A stretch of DNA of 64,000 nucleotides from positions 1 through 64,000 of the forward strand of contig JBBIIG010000013.1 of assembly GCA_037446635.1 (NCBI GenBank). The letters run 5' to 3'. The stretch is from a bacterium (lineage in GTDB: Bacteria > Zhuqueibacterota > Zhuqueibacteria > Oceanimicrobiales > Oceanimicrobiaceae). The position numbers were made by a program, and so were the translations under genes. Position 1 is the stretch's first letter. Each line of letters starts with the position of its first letter. The notes under the pieces are model-generated. The model saw only the letters and a program-made list of their open reading frames with translations, did no database searches and was not told where the DNA came from. This document shows, piece by piece, positions 11,889-21,643 of this stretch.

Positions 11889-13340
11889 ATGGCACAGATG
11901 TTTATTAACGGAAAGTGGACGAACGCAAAGAGTGGCAAAACTTATGAAGTCAAAAATCCGGCTAATAGCGAAGTAGTTGATACCGCGCCCGCCGGCGACG
12001 CAGCCGACGCTAACGCCGCGGTGGAAGCCGCACAGGCCGCATTCAAAAGTTGGGCCGCCATGGCTCCCGATGCTCGCGCGGAAATTTTGCACAAAGGCAT
12101 CCTGAAAGTGAAAGAGCAGGCGGCTGATCTCACCGCCAGTCTCACCAAAGAGCAGGGCAAGCCGTTGATGGAGGCGCAGGGCGAGTTAAATCATTTCCTG
12201 CACGGCATGGAATTTTATGTCGGACTCGCTGGTAAAGTTCGCGGCGTGCAAGTCCCGCTGCCGCCAACGATGAACCCGAATTGCTACGGCGTGATCATGA
12301 AACAGCCAGTGGGAATTTGTGTTGGCATTGTGCCGTGGAATTTTCCCATCACCTTAATGGGAACGAAAGTTGGCCCGGCGTTGATTGCCGGCAACCCTAT
12401 CATCATCAAACCGGCCTCGACAACTCCGCTAACAACTCTTAAAATCATTGGCATTCTGAATGAGGCCGGGCTGCCGCCGGGCGTGTTGAATTGCGTCACC
12501 GGCGCCGGCAGCAAAATTGGTAATGCGCTTATCAGCCATCCGGCGGTACGGCGTGTGGCGCTCACCGGCAGCACCGAAACCGGCAAACGCGTGATGGAAA
12601 TTGCCGGGCCGGATTTTAAGCGCATCACTCTTGAACTGGGCGGCTCGGATCCGATGATCGTCTGCCCGGATGCTGACATGGACAAAGCCGTCAACGGCGC
12701 GATGATCGGCCGTTATTGGAACGCCGGTCAAGCCTGCCTCGCAGTGAAGCGCCTTTATTTGTTTGAAGAAATTTACGACGCGTTCCTCGAAAAGCTCGTG
12801 GAAAAAGTTAAGCGCTATGAGCCCGGCGATGGCATGACCAAAGCCGAGAAACCGAAGATTCGCGTGGGGCCGCTGCACACGGCATTTCAGCGCGACGAAG
12901 TCGAAGCGCAACTGAAGGACGCCACGGACAAGGGCGCAAAAGTTTTAGTGGGTGGTAAACGCACCGGCTCTGAGAAAGGATTCTTCTTTGAGCCGGCTGT
13001 CGTCACCGATGTGCCGGAGAACTCCAAATTAGTCACCGAAGAAGTGTTTGGCCCGGTGCTGCCGGTCTTCAAAGTGAAGACGCTCGATGAAGCCATTGCC
13101 AAAGCCAACAGTAGCCAATGGGGGCTCGGCGCCTCCATTTGGACGAACAACATGAAATACGCCAATCAGGCCGCGCGCGAAATTCAGTCCGGCATGTTGT
13201 GGATTAACCAAATTCACTACGGCTACGACGAGATGCCGTTCGGCGGCGTGAAGGCTTCGGGCATCGGACACGAGCATGGTCCCGAAGCGCTGGAATATTA
13301 TTTTGAGCCGAAAAGCGTGGTGTTTGGTGGATTGGAGTGA
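11889..13340 (+). CDS. Aldehyde dehydrogenase (copy 1)
   Basis: PWNFP, TGSTETG, LELGG, NAGQAC, EEVFGP. Confidence 0.95.
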   Translation: MAQMFINGKWTNAKSGKTYEVKNPANSEVVDTAPAGDAADANAAVEAAQAAFKSWAAMAPDARAEILHKGILKVKEQAADLTASLTKEQGKPLMEAQGELNHFLHGMEFYVGLAGKVRGVQVPLPPTMNPNCYGVIMKQPVGICVGIVPWNFPITLMGTKVGPALIAGNPIIIKPASTTPLTTLKIIGILNEAGLPPGVLNCVTGAGSKIGNALISHPAVRRVALTGSTETGKRVMEIAGPDFKRITLELGGSDPMIVCPDADMDKAVNGAMIGRYWNAGQACLAVKRLYLFEEIYDAFLEKLVEKVKRYEPGDGMTKAEKPKIRVGPLHTAFQRDEVEAQLKDATDKGAKVLVGGKRTGSEKGFFFEPAVVTDVPENSKLVTEEVFGPVLPVFKVKTLDEAIAKANSSQWGLGASIWTNNMKYANQAAREIQSGMLWINQIHYGYDEMPFGGVKASGIGHEHGPEALEYYFEPKSVVFGGLE

Positions 13341-13419
13341 TAAAAAAGGGCCGCGATCTGGCGATAAGCCGGCATCACGATAAAATAGTTAATGAGATTT
13401 GGAGGAAAAAATAAGATTC

Positions 13420-14856
13420 ATGGCTAAAATGTTCATCAACGGTGAATCTGCCGATTCCGTTTCCGGACAGATCACGGAGATCAAAAATCCGGCGACGGGC
13501 GAGGTCGTTGATACCGTCCCCAACGGCACGCGTGAAGATGCTCGTGCTGCCATCGAGGCCGCTCATTCAGCATTCAAGATGTGGAGTGAGACGCCATTTG
13601 CCAAGCGCGGCGAGATTCTGTTTGCCGCGGCGCATCTTATAAATGAACACGAGCGCGAATTGGCAACGCTGCTCACTAAAGAGCAGGGCAAACCGCTGCG
13701 AGAATCCGTTCTTGAAATCCGCCGCTTCGTGCACACAATCGAACATTATGCGGGACTGGCCAAAAACGTTCGTGGCGGATATGTGCCGCTGCTGCCGACC
13801 GGCGCTCACGGGATGATCCTCAAACGTCCCATTGGCGTTTGCGGGGCGATCGTGCCGTGGAATTTCCCGGTTTCGCTGATGGGAAATAAGATTGCGCCGG
13901 GCTTGTTGGCGGGCAATACGTTTGTAGTGAAACCGGCGGGTACGACTCCACTCACCGCTATCAAAACGGTCGAGCTGTTTTTTCAAGCCGGTTTGCCGAA
14001 AGGGGTGATGAATATTGTCACCGGGCCGGGCGGAACCGTTGGACAAGAAATCATCGAGAACCCCAAAGTTCGTAAGATTGGTTTCACCGGCGCCACTGAC
14101 ACCGGCAAACGCGTGATGGCCTCCGCTGCCAATGAAATCAAGCGCGTTACCCTCGAACTCGGTGGCAGCGACCCGATGATCGTCTGCGACGACGCCGACA
14201 TCGACAAAGCAGTCAGCGCGGCGTCCGTTGGCAGGTTCTTCAACTGCGGACAGGCGTGTTTGGCGATCAAGCGGCTTTATTTGTTTGAAAGCATCGCCGA
14301 CGAGTTTATTGCAAAGTTAGTCGAAAAAGTGAAAAAGCTGCGCGTTGGAAATGGATTAACCGAAGGGACGATCATGGGGCCGCTGCATACGGCTGCCCAG
14401 CGCGAAGAGGTGGAAGCACAAGTGCAGGACGCCGTGGACAAAGGCGCGAAGATTTTAATTGGCGGCAAACGGTTGACAGGCGGCGAATACGACAAAGGCT
14501 TTTTTTATCAGCCTACGCTTTTGACCGAGGTCGATGAAAATTCGCGGATGATAAAAGAAGAAGTCTTCGGCCCGGCGCTGCCCATCATGCGCGTGAAAGA
14601 TTTTGAGGAGGCTATCGAGAAAGCCAACCATTCCATTTTCGGCCTCGGCTCTTCGGTCTGGACACGCGATCTCAAACGCGCCCACGAAGCCGCTGAACGT
14701 ATCGAGTCGGGCTACACGTGGATCAACTCTGCGCAAATCATTTTTGATGAATTACCGTTTGGCGGTTTTAAGCAAAGCGGCCTCGGCAAAGAGCACGGCT
14801 GCGAGGCGTTGGAGTATTATATGGAAACCAAGTCGGTAGTTTTCGGCAGGGAGTAA
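13420..14856 (+). CDS. Aldehyde dehydrogenase (copy 2)
   Basis: PWNFP, LELGGSDP, NCGQAC, EEVFGP. Confidence 0.95.
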   Translation: MAKMFINGESADSVSGQITEIKNPATGEVVDTVPNGTREDARAAIEAAHSAFKMWSETPFAKRGEILFAAAHLINEHERELATLLTKEQGKPLRESVLEIRRFVHTIEHYAGLAKNVRGGYVPLLPTGAHGMILKRPIGVCGAIVPWNFPVSLMGNKIAPGLLAGNTFVVKPAGTTPLTAIKTVELFFQAGLPKGVMNIVTGPGGTVGQEIIENPKVRKIGFTGATDTGKRVMASAANEIKRVTLELGGSDPMIVCDDADIDKAVSAASVGRFFNCGQACLAIKRLYLFESIADEFIAKLVEKVKKLRVGNGLTEGTIMGPLHTAAQREEVEAQVQDAVDKGAKILIGGKRLTGGEYDKGFFYQPTLLTEVDENSRMIKEEVFGPALPIMRVKDFEEAIEKANHSIFGLGSSVWTRDLKRAHEAAERIESGYTWINSAQIIFDELPFGGFKQSGLGKEHGCEALEYYMETKSVVFGRE

Positions 14857-15650
14857 TGACGACTCACAATTTCAACACGATCAAATTCGAACTGAGTTCG
14901 GACGGCATTGCCACCATCATGCTCAACCGCCCGGAAAAACTCAATGCCATGAATGCCGCGATGCGTGAAGAGTTTCGCGCGCTGAACGATGAGTTGTATT
15001 CGAATCACGCCATCAAAGTGATCATCTTCACCGGCGCCGGACGCGCCTTTTCTGCCGGCGGCGATATCGATTTTCTCGATCAAGATTGGAACACGTCAGA
15101 ATTTCGGCGCGAGACCCAGAAATTCACCAGCTTTTTCGATGCCCTCGAACAATTAGAAAAACCAGTGATCGCGGCGATTAACGGCCCGTGCACCGGCGCG
15201 GGTTTGCAGATCACCCTCTCGTGCGACCTCCGCATCGCCTCGGAGGAAGCGCAATTTGGTTTTCGTGAAAATCAAATCGGCTTGATTCCCGGCGCCGGCG
15301 GCTGCTCGCGACTGGTGAAGTTGCTCGGCTATGGCAAAGCAAAGGAACTCATCTTTATCGGCGACATGATTTCGGCGGATGAAGCATTGCGAATCGGATT
15401 AATCAACCGCGTCGTTCCGCATCAGCAGTTGCTGGACGAAACCTACAAAATCGCGCGCCACCTTTTGACGCGCGCCCCTGTGGCATTGGGTCTCGCGAAA
15501 CGCATTTTGTGGAATTGCATCAACGTGGATTTGGCGACGGGGCGCGCCATCGAAAGTCTCGCGCAAAGCATTTTAATTAAAACCGAAGATCACCAAGAGG
15601 GCATCCGCGCGTTTCGGGAGAAGCGAACGCCGAAATTTACTGGAAGGTAA
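14856..15650 (+). CDS. Enoyl-CoA hydratase/isomerase family protein
   Basis: LNRPEKLNA, FSAGGD, ISADEALRIGL; Q where crotonases usually have the first catalytic Glu (GAGLQ). Confidence 0.92.
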   Translation: MTTHNFNTIKFELSSDGIATIMLNRPEKLNAMNAAMREEFRALNDELYSNHAIKVIIFTGAGRAFSAGGDIDFLDQDWNTSEFRRETQKFTSFFDALEQLEKPVIAAINGPCTGAGLQITLSCDLRIASEEAQFGFRENQIGLIPGAGGCSRLVKLLGYGKAKELIFIGDMISADEALRIGLINRVVPHQQLLDETYKIARHLLTRAPVALGLAKRILWNCINVDLATGRAIESLAQSILIKTEDHQEGIRAFREKRTPKFTGR

Positions 15651-16840
15651 TGAGAAAAACCTCGCGACAAATTTATTTGGCGGCGCCGGTACGCACCCCC
15701 ATTGGCAAATTTGGCGGCGCGTTGAGTTCGTTGAGTGCGCCCGATTTGGGGACCGTTGCCGTAAAGGAATGCATTAAGCGAGCCGGCATCTCCGCCAATC
15801 AAATCGACGAAGTAATTTTCGGCCACGCGCGCCAAGCGGGTGGCGGACCCAATCCCGCGCGGCAAATCGCCTACAAAAGCGGATGCCCGGAAACCGTGCC
15901 CGCGTACACCATCAACAAAGCTTGCGGTTCAGGAATGAAAGCAATTGTCAACGCCTATCAAGCTATTGCGCTGGGCGACGCCGACATCATCCTCGCCGGC
16001 GGCACGGAAAGCATGAGCAATACGCCATATCTTCTGCCTAACGCGCGCTGGGGATATCGTCTCGGACACGCTGAAGTGGTGGATGGCATGTATCGCGATG
16101 GCTTTCTTTGTCCGCTCTGTGGCGAAGTGATGGGGGAGACCGCGGAGAATCTCGCTGACAAATATAAACTTTCTCGACAGGAATCGGATGAGTACGCGCT
16201 GATGTCGCAGCAGCGCTGCGCCGCCGCGCAAGCGCAAAATCGTTTTGCGGATGAAATTATCCCGATTGAGATTGAGTCCAAAGGCAAAAAAACTTTGATT
16301 GATTTCGATGAGCATCCGAAGCCGGAGACGACGCTCGAGGGTCTCGCCAAACTCAAACCGGTTTTCCGCGAAAACGGCACCGTCACCGCTGGCAACGCTT
16401 CGGGCATCACCGATGGTGCGGCCGCGGTGCTGGTGGTTTCGGGAGATCGCGTGGCCGATTTGCAATCCAAGTCAGTAGCGAAGATCATCGATTACACGGT
16501 TGCCGGCGTGGACCCGGCTCTCATGGGCATCGGGCCAGTGCCAGCCATTCGGAAGCTGTTGGAGCGCAACAGACTCTCTTTGCAGGATATCGATCTCATC
16601 GAACTAAATGAAGCCTTTGCTGTGCAAGTGTTAGCGTGTCATCGCGAGCTGAATTTTGATATGGAGAAACTCAACGTGAACGGCGGCGCTATCGCCCTCG
16701 GCCACCCGATTGGCTGCACCGGCGCGCGCATCACCGTTACGCTGCTGCACGAAATGGTGAAACGCGATGTTACCCTCGGCCTGGCGACGCTGTGCGTTAG
16801 CGGTGGCATGGGCATGACGCTGCTTTTGGAGAGAGTGTGA
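15650..16840 (+). CDS. Acetyl-CoA C-acyltransferase (thiolase)
   Basis: NKACGSG, NEAFA, GHPIGCTG, CVSGGMG. Confidence 0.96.
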   Translation: MRKTSRQIYLAAPVRTPIGKFGGALSSLSAPDLGTVAVKECIKRAGISANQIDEVIFGHARQAGGGPNPARQIAYKSGCPETVPAYTINKACGSGMKAIVNAYQAIALGDADIILAGGTESMSNTPYLLPNARWGYRLGHAEVVDGMYRDGFLCPLCGEVMGETAENLADKYKLSRQESDEYALMSQQRCAAAQAQNRFADEIIPIEIESKGKKTLIDFDEHPKPETTLEGLAKLKPVFRENGTVTAGNASGITDGAAAVLVVSGDRVADLQSKSVAKIIDYTVAGVDPALMGIGPVPAIRKLLERNRLSLQDIDLIELNEAFAVQVLACHRELNFDMEKLNVNGGAIALGHPIGCTGARITVTLLHEMVKRDVTLGLATLCVSGGMGMTLLLERV

Positions 16841-17064
16841 TGGCAAGAGTACCGAAAGAATTTCATTATGTTTTTCAGGAAGCAGATCCGAAGCAACTAG
16901 ATACGGAGAGGGATTCCGAACCTATCATGGAAACAATTTTGGAGGAAGGGCCTCTCGAAGGCGTACATTGGCTTCGGAAAACATTTGGAGATGAACAAAT
17001 CAAACAATTCATCATAACCAAAGGCCGTCACACACTTTCTGCCATGAAAATTGTTGGCAAATAA
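16840..17064 (+). CDS. DUF6922-like small protein (orphan, possibly truncated antitoxin)
   Basis: F..ADP..LD..RD...I.E.ILE.G......WL...FG...IK pattern. Confidence 0.55.
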   Translation: MARVPKEFHYVFQEADPKQLDTERDSEPIMETILEEGPLEGVHWLRKTFGDEQIKQFIITKGRHTLSAMKIVGK

Positions 17065-17182
17065 TTCTTGACTCCCAACCGCATGAGAGAGTCGAGATCC
17101 CGATGGATTGCCCGAAAACAAAAATGATAAGAAAAAAGTTGTCATTCTGGGAATTTCCAACCAAACCTTAGAGGACACCGCC

Positions 17183-18328
17183 ATGATCGATTTTACCCTT
17201 ACCGATGAGCAAAAGCAGCTGCAGGAATTAGCCCGCGAATTCACCCAAAAAGAAATCATCCCTGTTGCTGCGGAGTACGACAAAAAATCCCAATTCCCGA
17301 TGGAGGTGTGCCGCAAAGCATGGGAGCTCGGATTGATGAACGTGCAAATTCCAGAAGCCTACGGTGGGCCGGGTCTCGGCGTGCTTGAAGACTGCCTCAT
17401 CGCTGAGGAGTTTGGTGTGGGCTGCACCGGCATCGGCACTTCGATGATGGCGAACATGCTGGCGGAAGGTCCGCTGCTGGTGGCGGGCACCGAAGAACAG
17501 AAAAAGAAATTTCTCGGGCAGATGGTGGAAGAGTTTGCGTTCTCCGCTTATGCGGTCACCGAGCCCGATGCCGGCTCCGACGTGGCGGGAATCAAAACCA
17601 CCGCCAAAAAAGTCGGCAGCGATTACGTCATCAACGGTCAGAAAATGTGGATCACCAACGCCGCACAAGCCAAGTGGTTTTTCGTTTTGACTTACACCGA
17701 TCCCAAAGCCTCTTACAAAGGGATGACGGCATTCATCGTGCCGGCCGATACGCCCGGCATCAAAATCGGAAAACACGAAGAGAAATTGGGACAACGTGCT
17801 TCCGACACCCGCGGTATTAGTTTCGAAGATGTCAAAGTTTCAGAATCTAACCGGCTTGGCAAAGAAGGCGATGGCTGGAAAATCGCCATGCTGGCGTTTG
17901 ATCATTCGCGCCCCGTGGTGGCCGCAGCCGCGGTGGGGTTGGCGCAGGGCGCGATGCAACATGCCATTCGCTACGCCACAGAGCGCAAAACGTTCGGAGT
18001 GCCCATCGCGCAACATCAAGCAATTAATTTTATGATCGCGGACATGGCGATGAACATCGAAGCGGCGCGGCTGCTGGTTTGGAAATCCGCGTGGAAAACC
18101 GATCGCGGCGAACGCAACACTCTTGAAGCCGCGTACGCCAAAGCCTTTGCCGCCGACATGGCGATGAAAGTCGCCACCGATGCGGTGCAGGTATTTGGCG
18201 GCTATGGCTACTCCGCCGAATATCCCGTTGAAAAGATGATGCGCGACGCGAAGATTTTCCAAATCTATGAGGGCACGAGTCAGATTCAACGTGTGATCAT
18301 TGCGCGTGAGTTGTTTGGTCGGAAATGA
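17183..18328 (+). CDS. Acyl-CoA dehydrogenase
   Basis: VTEPDAGSD, NGQKMWITN, QVFGGYGY, QIYEGT. Confidence 0.96.
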   Translation: MIDFTLTDEQKQLQELAREFTQKEIIPVAAEYDKKSQFPMEVCRKAWELGLMNVQIPEAYGGPGLGVLEDCLIAEEFGVGCTGIGTSMMANMLAEGPLLVAGTEEQKKKFLGQMVEEFAFSAYAVTEPDAGSDVAGIKTTAKKVGSDYVINGQKMWITNAAQAKWFFVLTYTDPKASYKGMTAFIVPADTPGIKIGKHEEKLGQRASDTRGISFEDVKVSESNRLGKEGDGWKIAMLAFDHSRPVVAAAAVGLAQGAMQHAIRYATERKTFGVPIAQHQAINFMIADMAMNIEAARLLVWKSAWKTDRGERNTLEAAYAKAFAADMAMKVATDAVQVFGGYGYSAEYPVEKMMRDAKIFQIYEGTSQIQRVIIARELFGRK

Positions 18329-18370
18329 TGTTTACTCAACCTTCAAGGTTTTGTAAACATGGGAGTAATC

Positions 18371-18850
18371 ATGGCTCGAAAGTTAGTAACTCTAAACATC
18401 AACGGTTCAAACTACGAAACCGCCATTCGCGAGTATGACGTGCTGCTCGATGTCATCCGCGAGAATCTCAATCTCATTGGCACCAAACGCGGCTGCGACA
18501 TGGGCACCTGCGGCTGCTGCACCGTCATCATTGATGGCCGCGCGCGGCTCTCGTGTTTGACGCTGGCGATGGAGTGTCTCGGCAAAAAAATCACTACAAT
18601 CGAGGGCTTGAAATCTCCACTCATTCATCCGCTGCAAAAAGCGTTTGCTGAGTCCGGCGGCTCGCAGTGCGGATTTTGTACGCAGGGCTTCATCATGACG
18701 GCCAAAGCTTTTCTTGATGAACACCCCAATCCGACACGCAATGAAATCAAAGAAGCTATTTCCGGCAACATGTGCCGCTGCACGGGATATATCAAAATCG
18801 TCGATGCCATCGAAGATGCTGCAGCAAAAGTTCGAGGCGAGGCGAGGTGA
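18371..18850 (+). CDS. hcrC: 2x[2Fe-2S] small subunit of a xanthine-oxidase-family enzyme (HcrC-like)
   Basis: KRGCDMGTCGCCT, QCGFC, GNMCRCTGY. Confidence 0.75.
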   Translation: MARKLVTLNINGSNYETAIREYDVLLDVIRENLNLIGTKRGCDMGTCGCCTVIIDGRARLSCLTLAMECLGKKITTIEGLKSPLIHPLQKAFAESGGSQCGFCTQGFIMTAKAFLDEHPNPTRNEIKEAISGNMCRCTGYIKIVDAIEDAAAKVRGEAR

Positions 18851-19017
18851 TAGGATGCAATCAGGAAAATTTTACGGATGAATGGGTGGTACAAATCACT
18901 AAGTCGGACAGGCACAACAACCCTGTCGCCGGAGTCGTACTTTTTCACGGCTCGGAAGAAGAAGTTTCCGATAGGGGGGAATATCGCGAGCAGAATCCTA
19001 ATGCCGAGGTGATTTAG
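18847..19017 (+). pseudogene. Degenerate remnant of a small accessory protein
   Basis: Reads ..FTDEWVVQITKSDRHNNPVAGVVLFHG..; flanked by a 15-bp imperfect direct repeat (18842-18856 / 19046-19060). Confidence 0.45.
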
Positions 19018-19136
19018 TTCCAAAGGCATGGGGGTATTGCTTGGCGCGAGGGGATAGGATAAAAGGCAGATTTCAACATTTCGGAGTGCATCGCCGCTTT
19101 GATTCTCAGAAAGATTCCGAAAGAAAGTGAGAGACT

Positions 19137-21506
19137 ATGCAAACAGTAAAATCAGCGACCAATATCATCGGCAAGCGCGTACCGCTCGTCGATGCCATGA
19201 AGAAAACCACGGGCGAAGGATTCTACACCGACGACATCAAACTCCCCGGCATGTTGGTGGGAAAGATTCTGCGCAGTCCATTTTCACACGCGCGCATCGT
19301 CAAAATCAATACGGCGAAAGCAGAGGCGCTGCCGGGCGTTCACGTGGTTCTCACCGGCGACGAGCGCGGTGCGCAAAATCGCTTCGGCGTTTTGCCCATC
19401 TCCAAAGATGAAATCAGCCTTCCGAAACCGGGCGCCGCGGGACGCGCAGGCAAAGCGCTGTACATCGGCGATTGCGTTGCGGCCGTGGCGGCGGATGATG
19501 AGGAAATCGCGCTGGAAGCGTTGCGGCTCATTGAAATTGAATGGAAGGAGTTGCCGCCAATACTGCGTGTTGAAGATGGTCTCAAAAAAACCGACGAGCC
19601 GCTGCAAGACAATACCGAAGACGGCACCAACATTCACAAATCTGTTGAACAGCATTTTGGCGACGTGCCGGCAGCGATCAAAAATTCCAAATATGTGAAG
19701 AGTGGCGAGTTTGAATTTGTGGGGTTGAACCACGCGTTTACCGAGCCCATTGCCACCATCGCCCATTACGATGCTGATGACCGGCTGACGGTGTGGTCGG
19801 CGCAGCAGGTGCCGCACTACCTGCACCGCGCGCTGGCGGAAGTGATGGAGATGCCGATGCACCGCATCCGCGTCATTCGTCCGATGGTGGGCGGCGGCTT
19901 CGGCGGCAAGAGCGATCCGTTTCCCCATGAAATGATCGCCGCGCTGCTGTCGCGAAAGTGTCGGCGGCCCGTAAAGATACTTTTTGATCGCGAAGAAAAT
20001 TTTTACAACAATCACGGCCGCCATCCCACCAAAACCAAAATCACGGTTGCCGCAGATGCAGATGGCAAAATCACCGCGCTGGATCTGGACGCCACCATCG
20101 ACGGCGGCGCGTGGGGAAGTTTTGGCGTGGTGACCACCTACTACAACGGCGTGCTGGCGATGGGGCCGTATCAAATTCCAAATTTCCGTTACGCCGGCCG
20201 GCGCGTTTACACCAACAAAGCGCCCTGCGGTGCCATGCGCGGTCACGGGGCGGTGAACACCCGTTTTGCTTTCGAGGTATTGATGGATCAATTGGCCGAA
20301 GAAGCCAACGTCGATCCCTGCGATTTTCGTCTCGCCAATCTTTTGCCCGCGAATTGTGAGACTGTCAACGGCTTTCGCATCACCAGCAACGGCACCCGTG
20401 AGTGTATTTTGCGGACCCGCGAGCGATCCGAGTGGAACAAAAAATTTCGTCGCTTGCCGTATGGTGAAGGCATTGGCATTGCCTGCGGATTTTATATCAG
20501 CGGCAGCGCGCATCGCATTCATTTCAACGAGCTGCCGCAGTCCACTGTGCACTTGAAGATTGACATGGATGGCGGCATCACCGTGCACTGCTTGGCTGCG
20601 GAGATCGGACAGGGCAGCGACACCATGCTGGCGCAATGCGTCGCCGAGCCGCTGGGCGTGAAGCTGGATCGTATTCGCATTTTCTCAGCCGACTCCGATA
20701 CCGATCCCATCGATCTCGGCTCGTACTCCAGTCGCGTGACCTTTATGGCTGGCAACGCCGCGATTCAAGCCGCGGAGAAGATTCGAGAAAAATTGGTCAA
20801 TGCGGCTTCACGTGTTACAGGGCGACCCGCTGACGGTTTCATTCTGCAAAAGGAAAGAGTCGTTTACGCCCCCGATCCGAAAATCTCGCTTAGTTTTGAT
20901 GAAGCGCTGCAAGCGGCGTTGGCAAAAAACGGCGCACTGATCGCCAAAGGGATTTACCAATCGCCGCCGCCCATTGGCAAGCGCGATCAATTCAAAGGCT
21001 GGCGCGCGGGACTTTCGCCGACGTACAGCTTTCAAGCCTATATCGCACAAGTCAAAGTCGATCCCGATACTTTTGAAGTTCGTGTGGAAAAAGTTTGGGC
21101 CGCGCATGATTGCGGGAAGGCGCTGAATCCGCTGGCGGTGGAAGGACAAATCGAGGGCTGCATTCACATGGGACTGGGACAGGCGCTGTGCGAGGAGATG
21201 CCGTACCTCAAAGGCGCGATTGCCGGCCCGAATTTTCTGGATTATCGCACCATTACTCCGATGCAAATGCCTGAGGTGGACGTCATCATTGTCGAGAGCA
21301 ACGATCCTGAAGGGCCGTTTGGCGCGAAGGAAGCAGGGGAGGGTCCACTGTTGCCAATTCTTCCGGCCGTTGCCAACGCCATTTACGATGCCATCGGCGT
21401 GCGGATGTATGAGCTACCCATGACGCCCGATAAAATTTGGCGTGAGGCGCAGCGGCAATTGCTAACCGCGGAAAAACTCAAAGCAGGATTCGTCCTCACA
21501 AAATAG
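19137..21506 (+). CDS. hcrA: Molybdopterin-binding large subunit, 4-hydroxybenzoyl-CoA reductase alpha-like
   Basis: GGGFGGK, AMRGHG, AEIGQG, SYSSRVT, GQIEG, GAKEAGE. Confidence 0.72.
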   Translation: MQTVKSATNIIGKRVPLVDAMKKTTGEGFYTDDIKLPGMLVGKILRSPFSHARIVKINTAKAEALPGVHVVLTGDERGAQNRFGVLPISKDEISLPKPGAAGRAGKALYIGDCVAAVAADDEEIALEALRLIEIEWKELPPILRVEDGLKKTDEPLQDNTEDGTNIHKSVEQHFGDVPAAIKNSKYVKSGEFEFVGLNHAFTEPIATIAHYDADDRLTVWSAQQVPHYLHRALAEVMEMPMHRIRVIRPMVGGGFGGKSDPFPHEMIAALLSRKCRRPVKILFDREENFYNNHGRHPTKTKITVAADADGKITALDLDATIDGGAWGSFGVVTTYYNGVLAMGPYQIPNFRYAGRRVYTNKAPCGAMRGHGAVNTRFAFEVLMDQLAEEANVDPCDFRLANLLPANCETVNGFRITSNGTRECILRTRERSEWNKKFRRLPYGEGIGIACGFYISGSAHRIHFNELPQSTVHLKIDMDGGITVHCLAAEIGQGSDTMLAQCVAEPLGVKLDRIRIFSADSDTDPIDLGSYSSRVTFMAGNAAIQAAEKIREKLVNAASRVTGRPADGFILQKERVVYAPDPKISLSFDEALQAALAKNGALIAKGIYQSPPPIGKRDQFKGWRAGLSPTYSFQAYIAQVKVDPDTFEVRVEKVWAAHDCGKALNPLAVEGQIEGCIHMGLGQALCEEMPYLKGAIAGPNFLDYRTITPMQMPEVDVIIVESNDPEGPFGAKEAGEGPLLPILPAVANAIYDAIGVRMYELPMTPDKIWREAQRQLLTAEKLKAGFVLTK

Positions 21507-21643
21507 TCTCTGAACGAAAACTCGCAAAGGGGTTGTCGCTGCGAGCGTTTTTCAGCGAAGCAGTCCGCAGGTCACCCATGAGAAATGCTTTCTGACTTTT
21601 CGGTCGGAACCAAATAACTGGTTTGATTTGAAAGGAGGTAAAT

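Noticed and set aside
19284..20636. 450-aa minus-strand ORF
   Set aside because: Antisense shadow of the Mo-subunit gene.
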